Positions 39,983 through 53,141 of a stretch of 64,000 bases of DNA are shown in pieces. The stretch's first letter is position 1; every line of letters begins with the position of its first letter. The notes under the pieces were generated by a model, which was not told the DNA's origin, ran no database searches, and saw nothing but the letters and a program-made list of their open reading frames with translations. Source of the DNA: Lama guanicoe (Eukaryota). The position numbers and the translations under genes are program-made. The stretch covers positions 62,001-126,000 of the forward strand of contig MU054220.1 of NCBI GenBank assembly GCA_013239625.1. The letters are read 5' to 3'.

Positions 39983-41959
39983 TTTCAAGTCATTTACTCC
40001 TACAGCACTCAACCAGTCAGTTCTTCACTTGCTAACATTAGCATGAATCCAATGAATTCTAGAATTTCGTGGATAGTACAAATTATTTTATCCTACATAG
40101 TGCTTTTCACATGAGATAATGAGACTAGGAATTAGAAGTGATTTAATCACAACTGCATTAAACTTCAGTTTATTAATATTGCACTAATTCCTCTTAATAC
40201 AATAAATTTAATAAAATTATTTTATTCCTTCATAAAATTGCATTCATACTTTCTGGTATTTGGAAAACTGAGTCTATATGAATGTGTATGTAGTTTTTGA
40301 GATATAAAGAGTTAAAACTTTTTCTAAGATACTTAAAATTATTTACTAAGAAAATTAATTGTTTACATGACATTTTCTTTTATTTTTTAAAACATGCATT
40401 AAATGTTAAATATTGGTAAATCCCCATGTTAGCTCAAAACGAGAGGACGATTCCAAGTGAGGTTTTTCAACTGGCAGTGGTTTGCTTACTTTTCTTCCCT
40501 TTCTTAGACTTCAGTGACCTCAGTAACAAAAATATGAGTTGTGAGAAACTGACCCTATTATAATTTTCAGTTTGCAATAATATACTCCCCTGAAAAAAAT
40601 CCAACTAAACTATATACATATATAGAATTACTACATTTGGGAGTAAGTAAAATTCATCACCTTTTCCCTCCATCTCTGCTTTCAAGAATCTACTTCACAT
40701 TTCTTCAAGATTTAAACAAAAAACCTCATAATTAAATCACATGGTGGGTGTCACTGCTGACCTAGAGCTTCTGTTCTGTTCTGGAATTACTTAATTAAAT
40801 AACTTCATCACGTCCCATCATTTTGAAATCATTATCTCTCACCAAAGGTACTGTGAAGTATATTGTAATAACTTTTGAAAATAATTACTTATATACAATT
40901 TTCTGTATTTTAGAGTCTTTATTAACTTCTGAGATCACAAGATACAACCTGGGGTATTTAAAACTAATGAGAAAGTGTTTAAAGTAGTTTAAAGTTTACA
41001 TTTGCTGTTTCATACTTGACAATGAAGACACAGTCAGTAGGCTAGTAACAATGACAGGATTTAAAACAGGAAAAGCAATTTTATTACCACTATAAACAGC
41101 AACAACAGAACTATAGTAAATGTAGTTATCTTTCTATATATAGTTTGCAACACATGGGGCATGAAAGTAGGTTGTTTTGAAAAAAAAGTGATATTCATTC
41201 AGGTGGGATGTAAGTCAAATTCTATAAGAGTGTAGTTCCAAATATAGTAACTATCTTTATCATTATAATGCTATTATAATTATTATAATAGTTCATAACA
41301 TAACAATAGCAATTGTAAAATATGCCTAATTATTTGAACTTTTAGTTTTTATATCTTGATTATCTTTATCAGAACACTTTTTGTAAAATCTCTTTGATGC
41401 CAATTTGCTATCCACCTTCATTCAGTATTTTTTAGGATAAATTTCTTCATTCTTTATCTTACAAATTTTTCATGTCATTAAGTTTTCATTTTTTTATTTA
41501 TTCATGTGTATTTTATAATATGTATATGCTTACTCAAATCTCTGAAATTGTTATTGACCTAAATCTGTATTTTCTTCTTCAGACTCATGAAGACTTGCTT
41601 CCAGCCCTATTTGATAATATCTATATAAGTACATTTTTTCCCCTAAATTCTGGAAACCCAAGGGTTTTTCTAGTAACTAGCTTAATTCAGTAGAATCTTC
41701 TTTTAGGAATATATGAATTTGCCTCTGCTGAAGGCCAGGTAAGCTCCTGCACTGACTGGACTCTCCAGCCCAGCTCTATTATCATATCCTCCACTCTAAT
41801 ACTGATTTTGGTTTTATTGCCACAGCTACAGAACCACAGCTCCCTGTTTCAGCTCATTGGCTTTTGAGGCTCTTTCTTCTACACTCAGGGCTGCTATATT
41901 TAGAAATCTACAATTCAACCAAGATAGAGTTGTGATATAACAAAAACATCATTTTGAAT

Positions 41960-42390
41960 GATATATTGAAAAAAAACTAAAGAGATTTGACCACTAAATT
42001 CAATGTTTGACCTCAACTGGATCTGTACTGGAGGGAAAAGCTGTTATTAAAAAAATTGTGTCAACTGACAAAACTGGAATATAGTTAAGATAGGCAAAAG
42101 TAATATCAACTTTAAATTTATTGAAGTTGACAATTATACTGTAATTATGCAAGAGAATATCTCTACCTTTAGTAAATATACACCGAAGTGTTTAGGGATA
42201 AAGGACCATGATGTTAGTTACCCTCAAATGCTTTAGGGGACACTCATGAAAGAGCAAGAAAGAGAAGACAAACAAAATGTTAATCACAGGTGAATAAGTG
42301 TATTTTTTTCACTTTTCTTATTCATGAAATTTTTCTGTATATTTGATATTACTTTCACATAAAAAGTTTAAAAAATGCCAAAAAAGAAAA
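41960..42390 (+). mobile_element. Old L1 (L1MC/ME-type) 3' end
   Basis: gcaagagaatatc...aaatatacaccgaagtgtttagggataaagg...aaaagttaaaaaa. Confidence 0.7.
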
Positions 42391-43178
42391 AACCCCAAAA
42401 CCCATCCTTTGGGGGATCTTGTCCAACATATTGTTAGAAGGTTAAGTTCTTCTCGTGTTACCAGCATTCTCCTCTGATAATTTTAGGATGTATATTAAAA
42501 ATATACATATTAAATTCTTAATCTGCTTTGTAAAATTATTTCAGAAATTTTTTTGCTTGTTTCCTGATAGAGGAAATAGAGTTAAGGAAATAATTTATTT
42601 ATTTTTTTAGATGTGTAGTGATTTTCCCCATTGAACTTATATTTCCGTGAAGAATTTTTTCCATTGATCATTGTCGTTACCTAGGAGAACGGAGCCCTAG
42701 TCCATAACTGAACTTGGTGTGTTATGAAAGAAAGGCATTCCTTGTGACAAGAGAACTCGGGCTGTCATTTAACAGCTGTTACATAATTCTGCCAACCTAT
42801 TGCATTAAATCCCCACCACACACACACACACACAAATTAAAAAACACTTATTTTAACTTCCCCCCCTACATTTTTAGAAAGCTTTTAGTCCCTAGGTTAG
42901 TGAGGAAGCAGAAAAGACCATCAGAAAGAGTGAGTCTGCAGGGCTTCTCCACTGATCCTCATACGTTCTTCTTTTTTGTCTATGACCTGTAGTTTGCTGC
43001 CGATCCCAAGAGCAGAACTGGGTTGGCCGTGCTTGGTGTTGAAATCAGTGGTGATAATGACACTGCCAGAACAATTTTCGGGGGAGAAAAATAAATCATT
43101 TAACATCTCTTTTTGGAAAGAGTTTGTTTATTTGTTTGTTTGTTTGTTTGCATTCTAATTCACATCACAACAGTGGGC

Positions 43179-43726
43179 TGTTGGGGGATATTTGGCTGGG
43201 CCAGTGATGTGGGTTGGTAAGAAGAATTTACCAAAGGCAAGGGAAAGTTTGAGAACAAAGGAAAGTTCAACAGTTATGCTGCTATAGCCAACAGCAGGCC
43301 ACACAGGCAAGAGGTGCCCGGCGTGCCCCCCGGATGTGAATGTGCAGGGTCTTTTGATGAGGAAGGGGCTGTGTACACAAAGGCATAGGGGAACAGATTT
43401 CTGATTGGCTGTAAGTGAGGTAAGGGGCTCTGGTGTACAGGAGGACAGTGGATTTATGACTCAAATAAGACGTAGGTATGGGCTGACACATGAAAGGTAC
43501 TGGAATTTATGATTCTGATAAGGGGGAGACATGGGCTGAGACGAGTCAGCCTGAGCTACGGTGAGACTATTCATTTCCAGAGGCTGGTAACTGTGCTCAC
43601 ACAAGCACCAGTCAGGAGTTTACCTCCCAAAGAGGAGCAGGCAGATGCCTAAGGGCTGCAAGTTGGGGGGGGGCGGGGTCCGCAGGCACCGGTCAGCACT
43701 ACGTGGGCCACTGTGCGTTTCTCACA
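43179..43726 (-). mobile_element. ERV solo LTR
   Basis: A GC-richer island of about 550 bp bounded by TG...CA, with gattggct (CCAAT on the - strand). Confidence 0.6.
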
Positions 43727-46700
43727 TTATGATTCACCTTGTTTTCATCTAGATAGCTTTCCTCACAGGTATTTATTTATTCATTCACACATTTATTCAT
43801 TCATTTATTCTCCCTAATCCTTTGCTAAGAACATTGCCAATCAGTCAGCCTATAAACCTTGTCTCTTTGAAGGAGGTCTTATCCATTTTCTTTATTTTTG
43901 TTCTCCCTTTTAGCCTTTATTTTAAAAAACATTTTAAGTATATTTCTTGCTTTCCATAGTCTTCTTTTTGAAATGTTCTTTCTCATTGTGTTTTGTGATT
44001 GAATGGTGAGTTCACATCTAACAGGACCGTCTCTGTGATAACCTGGAAGATTGCTTCTGTTAGCATCCCACAGGGCTACCGACTCAGATTACCATTATGT
44101 ATAGTAATTTCTAGCTTGAAGTAGCCACCCTTGCGCAGACAGCAAAATCCAAACATGAACCCGGGTGAGAAACACTGTAGTGCTGATTCTTAGATAAGGC
44201 TCTTTTCCCAACCAGGTATCAGATGATGACAGACAAGTTTATCTGTAATTTTGCTGATAAGCAGATATAATTAGCATTTGTAATGAAAATGTCCATTTTT
44301 CAAAGTAATGGATTTATATTCGGGTGCTATTAGAATTCTGTTTTGTTCACGGGACTAAAGACTTGGTATTTTTTTTCAAACAATTGAGTCTCACCTATAA
44401 AATTAAAAAGTTTGGCAAATGCCTACAAGAGGGTCATGGTGTCGGTGTCCACGTTGGCTTCTGATTTTCTTTTCTTCCTTTTAAGCCTGATAACAACTTC
44501 ACTTATTTATTTATTTGTTATCTGCAATAGTTATAGAATATTTTACTTTTATATTTAGTATTTCAATATATTCTATTAAAAGTATTTTTTTGAGGAGGGT
44601 GGAGTTATATAGAGTCTTCCACTTGCATGAAGGGGAAGTCCAGTCATGTGTGCTTGTCAGTGATAACCCCTGTCTGTCTAGTGTCTAACAGGACATCCAG
44701 CTTGACTTCATTCCTCAAGAAACATTTGTTAAATAACTGAGAATATTGACACTAAATGTAATATCTGATAGGAGTGAAACATGGTCATTCGACCTGTGAT
44801 ACAGAATGTAGAATTAGACTCTGAACAGAAGTGTGTAGATATGGGTGATGGCATGTTGCTTCCTAGGACGTTTTTAGAAAGAACGACATGGCAAGCCCAA
44901 TTCCACGTAGCACCCTTCTGCTTCACAAAGGGCAGGACCAGTCCATAGTACATCTTAATGAGAGGCTCTCCAATTTATGCAGATTGTTTACAATCACTAT
45001 TTCTACTATCTTCTCAGCCTTGGCTCTATGCTGCTTTCCATACTTTGTAACGTGTTTTTGTTACAAAATCTTAGAACAATGTGTTTTGTAACACATCTTA
45101 GAAAAAAACAGTTCCACTGGGACACCTTGAGAAGTTCCCATGAGAAACCAGGATGCAGACCACAGTGCATTTGGTTGGTGTTGCTTTGATGTAATCAGTG
45201 TCTGAGCTGCAGGGATTCTGGCCTTGTTAAAATAAAAACCTGTGTATTTATATGTGTGTGCTTGTCCTTTTTTTCCAACTTGCCCTCTTTGAGGAGAGAA
45301 TTAAAGATGTAAAAGTTTTACAAAATCCATTATGTTTATTTTGTACTAAGCTGCACTTGATTTTTTTCAACCTGGAATGATTTTCAGTTTTCTACCCTTA
45401 AAATATTGATCACTCTGAATCTCAGAGCAATATTAACTGATTTCATTTCCAAGAAGAGAGTAAAACACCATGGAGGTGTATGTGAGCATTCTAAATAAAC
45501 TGATAGCCTGAAAGGGTGTCCATCTTTGATAAGTTAATTGCATTTCATGTGCTCCTATTTTATTTACTTTTCTCAGATATAGCACTCATTCTGCATATAA
45601 CTGAAAATTTCAGACATGGTGGATTCCTAGCAGTGTGTTCAATCTTAAAATTAATGTAAGTTAACTTCATAGCGTATATAATTCAACTTATAAATTTGCC
45701 ACCAAATTCTGCTGCTAAAGTTAAATAGTTTTATATTTTGATAGTTAATTTGATTTCTAATTTTTTAAGCATTCTAGTTCCTAGATTATAGTTTACAATA
45801 AAGTTCATAACTATATGTGGCTGTTTATAAACAAAAACATTCAGTTAATAACCAAAGAATAACAGAAGAAAGACCAGGTATAAGACAAATTTATGAAAAT
45901 GCAGTTTTGAAGTATTCAGACTTAATTGTTTTTTGAAAATGCTCTCCCATTTGTCAGAGTTGTTGGTAATCTTAAAGATCATGTAAAATATTCTTTAAAA
46001 AGTAGGTGCTTATTTTAATTATCTCACATTTAACAAGGCTAGTTTCTAAATTATAAACTGAGATCACCCTGCAATTATTAAAACAAATAAACACAAATAT
46101 TGCTTAAGCACTGTAGAAATGCTCTGAAATAGAAACTGTTCAATTACAATATTTTCAAAGTTTAATGCTCATCAGTATGAACCAAAAGACATCACACACT
46201 AAATGGATATCACTGTTCTATCCAGCTAGCCATGCCTCATATACCTATGTAACTATCTATCTCATTGTTCAGTGTTTAATTTACACTCAAGGCGACACTA
46301 AATACTTTGTTGGAATAGTCCCCTTCAATCCTCTCAACAGCCTTGGGAAAGAAAATATAATTATACCCTGGATGCAGGAAGTTAACTTGTCCAATGAAAT
46401 AAAACCTGTTATTATCAACAATAGGATTTAATCCAGGAGTGATGGATTCCCTTCTCACTGTTGTGGCAATTGAAATGTTTTAATTAAAATAAATAAGAGA
46501 TATCAATTAGACATAAATCATAATAATCACCATCTGTTTCTCATTAGTTCTAAAACAACACTCCAATTAATAGAGAAGATGAGAGAGAGGGTTAATTCTG
46601 AAGCAGAGAAGAACAGCTTTGAATATGAGGCACCCAACCTGTGCATGTAAATTATACTTTTAAAAAGCCTTAAAACTGTGTAAACTATCTATTACAAGGT

Positions 46701-46906
46701 GAAGAATTTGTGTCTCCTGGGCTGGAGTCCTACTAAATCCCCTCAAAACATCCTTTTATTTCCATCAGATCTTTATTTCTGAAATTTTACTTAACTGACA
46801 CCAGTAATTGTCTGTATTTGAGATATATGTATATATCTTAATATATCGTAATTTCTGCATCTTTTGTTCCCACACCAGATTTTTTTTTTTGAATAGAAAC
46901 AAAGAA

Positions 46907-47272
46907 ATGGCTGAAGAGAATTTTACGGTTGTCACTGACTTTATTCTTTTGGGACTGACAGACCGGGCTGAGCTGAAAGTTGTGCTTTTTGTGTTGTTCC
47001 TGGTGGTTTATGCTGTTACTTTGGTGGGGAACCTGGGCATGATCTTCTTAATCCAAATCAGTCCCAGGCTCCACACTCCCATGTACTTTTTCCTAAGCTG
47101 CCTTTCATTTGTGGATGCCTGCTACTCATCTGCCATAGCACCCAAGATGCTGACCAACCTCCTGGTTGTGAAGGGAACTATCTCTTTCTCTGCTTGCATG
47201 GTGCAGCATTTATGTTTTGGGATCTTTGTTACCACAGAAGGCTTCGTGCTGTCAGTGATCGCCTCCTCATAA
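46907..47272 (+). pseudogene. Truncated OR5J2-like pseudogene (TM1-TM3 only)
   Basis: ATG at 46907. Homology to the 39044 gene ends at about 47259, just before MAYDRY, followed by an in-frame TAA at 47270-47272. No TM4-7 sequence is recognisable downstream. Confidence 0.9.
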
Positions 47273-50200
47273 GCTCCATGCAGCATACAATCATGTCAAC
47301 TGGACTTCCATGCATCATTTTTGGAAGAGTATTTTTATTTATCTATTTTTCCATATAGTCCCCACAAATTCCTTGAGCTAATTCTGGAAGTGAGCTGTGT
47401 CAAGTAGAGGATCATCAGGTGTTCCATGGACTAGAAATAATTACACAAACTAACCATTAAGGAATTTCTTTCACTTTTTAACTTTGACTTTTGTTATTTG
47501 CTACATATTCCTTAGATATTTTTGGAAATGTTTACTAAGTCCATTTCAATAATGTTTTACATACAAATGGAGGCACATTAAAATGCTGACCACTCATAGA
47601 ACCCAAATTATCCAATGTCAAGTTGAGATTTTGTAAACAAAAACATATTACCCATAACTACAGCCCCTCATATGTTTTATGACATTTCTTTTCCTCTGTC
47701 CTATATCTCTTAATTCCTTTTTACCTTCCTACAGTTTTTTTCTGGACAATAATTTACTGTATATGTAACTTATCCAAAGCTAAAGGTACTACTTCCTCTG
47801 ACAATGAGACCCCCAATTGCTTTTATGTTATGGGGCTTTCAGGTCAACCTCACATAATATGTTCCTTGAGATCACTTTTTTCATAAGTTTTATTTTCATT
47901 CAGATTAGCAAGGAAAGTTACGGAACCTCTGCTGTACCATACGGTTGCAGCACACTCAGCAAATCACGTGTCAGTTAATATTACCACTTTATTTTAACAG
48001 ATTTTCCAAGCCAAAGTACCCTCTTTTCTAAGATCATACATTTATAGACCAGGAGAGTCAGTAGAGACAGTTTTCATTAGACTTCAGTTTCTGTCTAGTT
48101 TGTGGACACCATTATAACCCAGCAACGAAGGTCAGGTCCTCACCAGCTTGGGTTTCCAGTTACCAGTGTGAAAGCCTAAGTCTGACCTGTAAGTCAGACA
48201 GCTTTGCAAATGACACATCGGCCAATCCTTCCCTCCTGAGGGCTTGCTGTGCATGTTTTAATTCATCAGTTTTGTGGTAGTTGCAGGACAATTGCACATT
48301 TCCTCATCAGCTTTACAAGCAGACTGTGCAACACAGCCATGTTTCCTGGAGGAGAGATCTCTCTCTGGTCTCTGTCTCTGTCTGGGCAGACATGCTCTTC
48401 CTACGATAGTGAACCTCCAGGAAAACCCTTCGGATGGAGCTGGCATAAGAAGCCTGGCCCCTAAGGGCCTCGCGCCTCTCTTAGACTGTTGTGGCCAGTC
48501 AGCTTAGCCACTGTAAGTGTTGTTGCCACTGTGTATTTGCAGAAAGGAGCGACTCAATTTTAATCACGCACTCCAAGGCATTACATCATACCAGAGATTA
48601 TTAGTGGTGTATATTCAATGGCGTACGATTCAAGGCTTCCTATAGTGGATAGTATTTATTTTTTTGTTTTATGTGAACACAAACTGATACAAGTCAAGGC
48701 TTCCCATAACTGGATATGCATTACTATGCAAAACACACAAGTTTGTAAGACTTCATACAAAATATTTTAATCCTTATCATCAAGAAGCTAATGAAGGTAA
48801 GATTGCCTATAAATACAACGTAAACTTATGTTCAAATATGAAATAGCAGGAAATGGAGAAGTACTGCATGCCCTTGTGAAGGGCATGCCCCTCAGAGTTT
48901 CAAGTTATGTGACATACATGTGCTAGAAATTAGAATAGAACCCCTCCTGTTCCATGACTTTGAGAGCTGTCTTCTTGATAGCATCCCTGTTCAGCTCTCC
49001 AGTGGTTACTCTTTCTCCAGGGGATCCTGGGATACTTGTGGTACCGATTTGTTATTTCCTACACTCTCCTTCTTTCCCAGTGGCACCTTTCTCCAATGAA
49101 GAAACCATACGCAGATGCAGTTTGACCCTTGGGAATATGATGATTGTTGTGAGTCATTAAATATCTAATGAATTGCTTATTCTAAAGATAATATCATCTA
49201 ATTTTCATACTCAAGCTTCTCAATTAGTATTGTTTCTCTCTCTCATTTTCAGGCACTCTTTCAATGACACATTGTGTAGGTTTATCAGTGAAGCTTCTTT
49301 CCGTGAAGTTGGTAAATATTCCTGAGTTGTATGTTCCTTTCATCTGTCCAGTCACCGGGCTGGACAGCCATTGGATGTTTCCATGAGTCAGGGCAACACT
49401 TAATATGCGTACCTTTTTTGGAAGGTGTTTTTCACATCTTGGTCTATAGATGAATGCTACACCCTAAAATACTGTAGTATCCAAACTTCGCACCTGCATG
49501 TGACACTTAGCCTTTCCCCACTGTATCATTTAGGAGTACTGTCACCATGCATGTAATGGATCATTTAACAAATCCTAGCTCAATAGAGCTTAACTAAAAA
49601 AATAACAGTGATCGCATGTTATGCTTTATGGCTTTCATTGTTTAAGTAGCTCAACAGTATTAGAGTCAATAATTTCTCTTGTCCTTAAATTAATTTCTCA
49701 AGTGGCGGAATCTCACATAAAAAGCTTCTTCAAAGTCTGAGAAGCAGAAGGTGATGGAGAATGATTATTTCCCTCGCAGACTTCTCTTCTTCGGGAAAGA
49801 ACATTTATCTCTTGTACTGTGTCTTACAGAAGTCCTCCTACAAATCATTAGGGATATTTCTTAAAATGGAAACCCCCTTGTTTCCTTTTCAGCACACATG
49901 TTCCTGAGAACTTAATATTAATTTTGGCCCTCCTCCAATTTATTATAGATCTACTCAGATTTTGTCTTGTCTTCACTTTACTATGGGTTTCTATTTTAAC
50001 AAGGATACAGAAACAACTGGAATATAACATTTAAACATGGATAATTACTTTTTTTGTCAAAAAGACAAGAATATATTACAATCTCCTAAACCAAACTGCC
50101 AGTTATGAAAAAAAGAACGACTTGGGAGAACAAAATGTGCAAATCTGGGAGCTTATGAGGGACCACAAAATTTATCTTAATTGGAATATCTTCTGATATC

Positions 50201-50780
50201 AACAAAATGGACTGGTTGAGACAAAAATCAGGCACAGAACAGAACCTACAGATGTTTGGTGAATCTACTAGTCTCATCTACAGAAGTGAAGGAATTGATG
50301 AGTGAAAAAGTGGGATCCCAATGTTTAAAATAAGGATATTTGGTTAAAGTAATATAACAGAGTACTTCAAGTTATCAAACACACAGATAAAACATAGCAA
50401 GGAAGAGTATGAAGGCTAAAACAGAAGGAAAAGAAAGGACTTAGACACACAGACACACACTGTATATTTTTATTCTAATAGATGAGAAAAACATCAGGAT
50501 CATTGACAGCTTTTTTCTGGTCTATATCCACCTAACACATCCTACTGTATTATAACATTTACTTTACTTATGTATGTAATTGATAGTTTCCACTCAAGGT
50601 AGTCAAATATTTTTACTATTTTGTTCGTTAATTTATTTACAATAAGTAGAAATACCTGGCATATGTAAGACAATCTATAAATATATGTTGAACTCATTTA
50701 TGCTCACTATTTCTTTTGGAGGCAAATAGAGCAAAATTTAAAGTCCATAACTAGTTTATAGGACGCATATTGTATGTAAA

Positions 50781-51722
50781 CTAAGAAAAATTATTGCATA
50801 GTTTTTTCCACATCCTTTGTAGGGCACATTTTACATCTTTGTTCCTCAAGCTATAGATCAAGGGATTTAACATGGGGATAATGAGGGTGTAAAATATGGA
50901 AGCCACTTTATCAGTGTCAAAGGAATGACTGGACTCTGGTTGCACATACATAAAGATCAAAGTCCCGTAGAACACTGTGACCACTGTCAGGTGGGATCCA
51001 CAGGTAGAAAAAGCTTTCCACCTACCTTCAGCAGAGTTCATCCTGAGAATAGACTCAAGAATGAGCAGGTAAGACATGAGAACTATCAGAAGGGATGAAA
51101 TCAAATCAAAACCAGCTAAAATCAGAATAATAATTTCAGTTTCATGAGTATTTGAGCAGAGCAAAGATATCAAGGGGAGACTGTCACAATAGAAATGACT
51201 GATGACATTGTAGCCACAGAATGATGAATTAAATAACTTTACAGTGACTAGAAGAGACACAAATGTGCTATAGAGATAGGGGACTGCCACCAGCACCCAA
51301 CAGACCCTTTGTGACATGATGACTGTGTAGAGCAGAGGGTTACAAATGGCCACATAGCGGTCATAGGACATTGCCGACAGAATAAAAATTTCAGTAACAA
51401 TAAAAACAAGAAAAAAGGCTAATTGTACAGCACAAGAATAATAAGAGATAGTATTTTGATCCACAACAAAATTTACCAACATTTTGGGTCCAACTGTTGT
51501 TGAATAACCTAGATCAGTAAGAGCAAGGTGTCTGAGGAAGAAGTACATGGGTGTCTGCAGCCTGGAGTCCACCTTGGTGAGGATGACCATGCCCAAGTTG
51601 CCCACCACTGAGATCACGTAGATGACAAGGAAGAGCCCAAATAACGGAGCCTGCAGCTCAGGAAGGTCTGTGATGCCCGTGAGAATGAATTCGCTCACCA
51701 CGGTTCCATTGTGTGTTTCCAT
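50781..51722 (-). CDS. OR8K3: Olfactory receptor 8K3-like, 313 aa, intact
   Basis: OR motifs are present. [36 protein letters not shown] and [10 protein letters not shown] match recalled OR8K3. Confidence 0.9.
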   Translation of the reverse strand: METHNGTVVSEFILTGITDLPELQAPLFGLFLVIYVISVVGNLGMVILTKVDSRLQTPMYFFLRHLALTDLGYSTTVGPKMLVNFVVDQNTISYYSCAVQLAFFLVFIVTEIFILSAMSYDRYVAICNPLLYTVIMSQRVCWVLVAVPYLYSTFVSLLVTVKLFNSSFCGYNVISHFYCDSLPLISLLCSNTHETEIIILILAGFDLISSLLIVLMSYLLILESILRMNSAEGRWKAFSTCGSHLTVVTVFYGTLIFMYVQPESSHSFDTDKVASIFYTLIIPMLNPLIYSLRNKDVKCALQRMWKKLCNNFS

Positions 51723-51926
51723 TCAGGTTTTTCAGGAAACCTATTTGGAACAGAGACATCAGCATAGTCAACAGGTTTCATGTATTATCACTTGGGAGAT
51801 TTTTTGTGTGCAAAGCTAGTATAATAAATAAGACAACATTTAAACTTTCCTATTTAGGATATTTGAAAATCAGCCCATCTCTTACATATCTTAATATGCA
51901 TGAATACAGATAGAAACAGAGACAGT

Positions 51927-52120
51927 CACTGGTTTTCAAATAAAAGTTATCTTACTAACCTAAGAACACTTGTTAATGTCCAGAAGATTTGTTGGTTTTC
52001 ACAGCTGGGAGGTGGGTGCTATTGGCATATAATGGTTAGAGGTCAGTTATGCTTCTAAACATTCATTCTATAATGACCTATATCAGTCCCAAATCTCAAT
52101 AGTGCCAAGGTTGAAAAGCC
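51927..52120 (-). mobile_element. MER20-like MITE upstream of OR8K3-like copy 1
   Basis: Ends caatagtgccaaggttgaaaa, the reverse complement of the start of the 6752 element. Confidence 0.7.
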
Positions 52121-53129
52121 AAGCTGATATAGATAGATAGATGATAGATAGCTAAAGAGATACATACAGAGATACACAGACAGGTGTAGACACATAAGAT
52201 ACATAGATACATGTAAAGAAAAAAGTTAAAACGTAAAAATTTGAAGGTTACATATGTAAACTATTATTGTGTTGTTCTTTTGGGTTTTCTGTTAGTCATT
52301 TACATAATTGCAATCACATAGTGACATGTATAAATTACATTTAATAATATGACTCAATGCATGTGCCAGTTATAAAATCAACTATATTACACAATTAAAC
52401 AAAAATTCTAATGGAAATGTACAGCCAGAAACTCCAAAAAGTATTGAATCCACTACACAACACATAATTCTCTAAAATCCTATATATGAGTGATACAGGC
52501 TGAAACAATTAAGACACTTGCACATATTAGACAGGTGTATAAATAAGAAAATCATAACAGATTTCAGTGAGAATTGTCTTTATGTGTAGAAACATGAAGC
52601 ACACACACACACGCACATATATATAAAATCTCTGTTGTAACTCCTTAGTATATACAAAGGGTTACCAGATTACTTTTGGCAAATGATTTAATTTATATGA
52701 AACTTTATTGTCATATACAAAATCAATACATCCTTACATGATGGTTGGGTACAAAATAAAAAGATTAAATAAGTCAATGTGTCTATACTATCTGAAAGTT
52801 AAGTACATAGGAGTTTTTATTTTTATTCTTTTTGATAGTGACAGTAATTAAACTCACAGAGCATTTGTTTACATATTTGTGGGTAAATTCTTCTGCACTG
52901 TGGCATCTTCTCTGCCAGGGTTATGATGATCAACAGGTGAGGAACAGGTCAAGTAGGATGGGGTGCCTGTGACATACTCCAAGCCCTACCCATTCCCCCT
53001 TCTCTGTGACTAAAATTGGACCACCAAGGTGCTATTATTTTGGAATTATTTGCCTTCTAAATATCTTAGCTATTTTAGAGAAATATGAATGCAAGTTTAT
53101 TTTGATATAAATTTCTTAAAACATTTGTC

Positions 53130-53141
53130 TTCCCCTGGGGG
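53130..53141. promoter_or_regulatory. Candidate O/E (EBF) site upstream of OR8K3-like copy 1
   Basis: TTCCCCTGGGGG fits the EBF consensus TCCCNNGGGR, about 1.4 kb upstream of the ATG. Motif match only. Confidence 0.4.

Noticed and set aside
46808..46906. 33-aa N-terminal extension of the OR5J pseudogene ORF
   Set aside because: It starts at a non-ATG codon and runs through the intron's polypyrimidine tract and acceptor; the true start is 46907.
47930..49560. Possible missing 3' half of the OR5J pseudogene or an ERV internal region
   Set aside because: I found no OR motifs (KAFSTC, PMLNP) or retroviral motifs on either strand by eye, so it is left unassigned.
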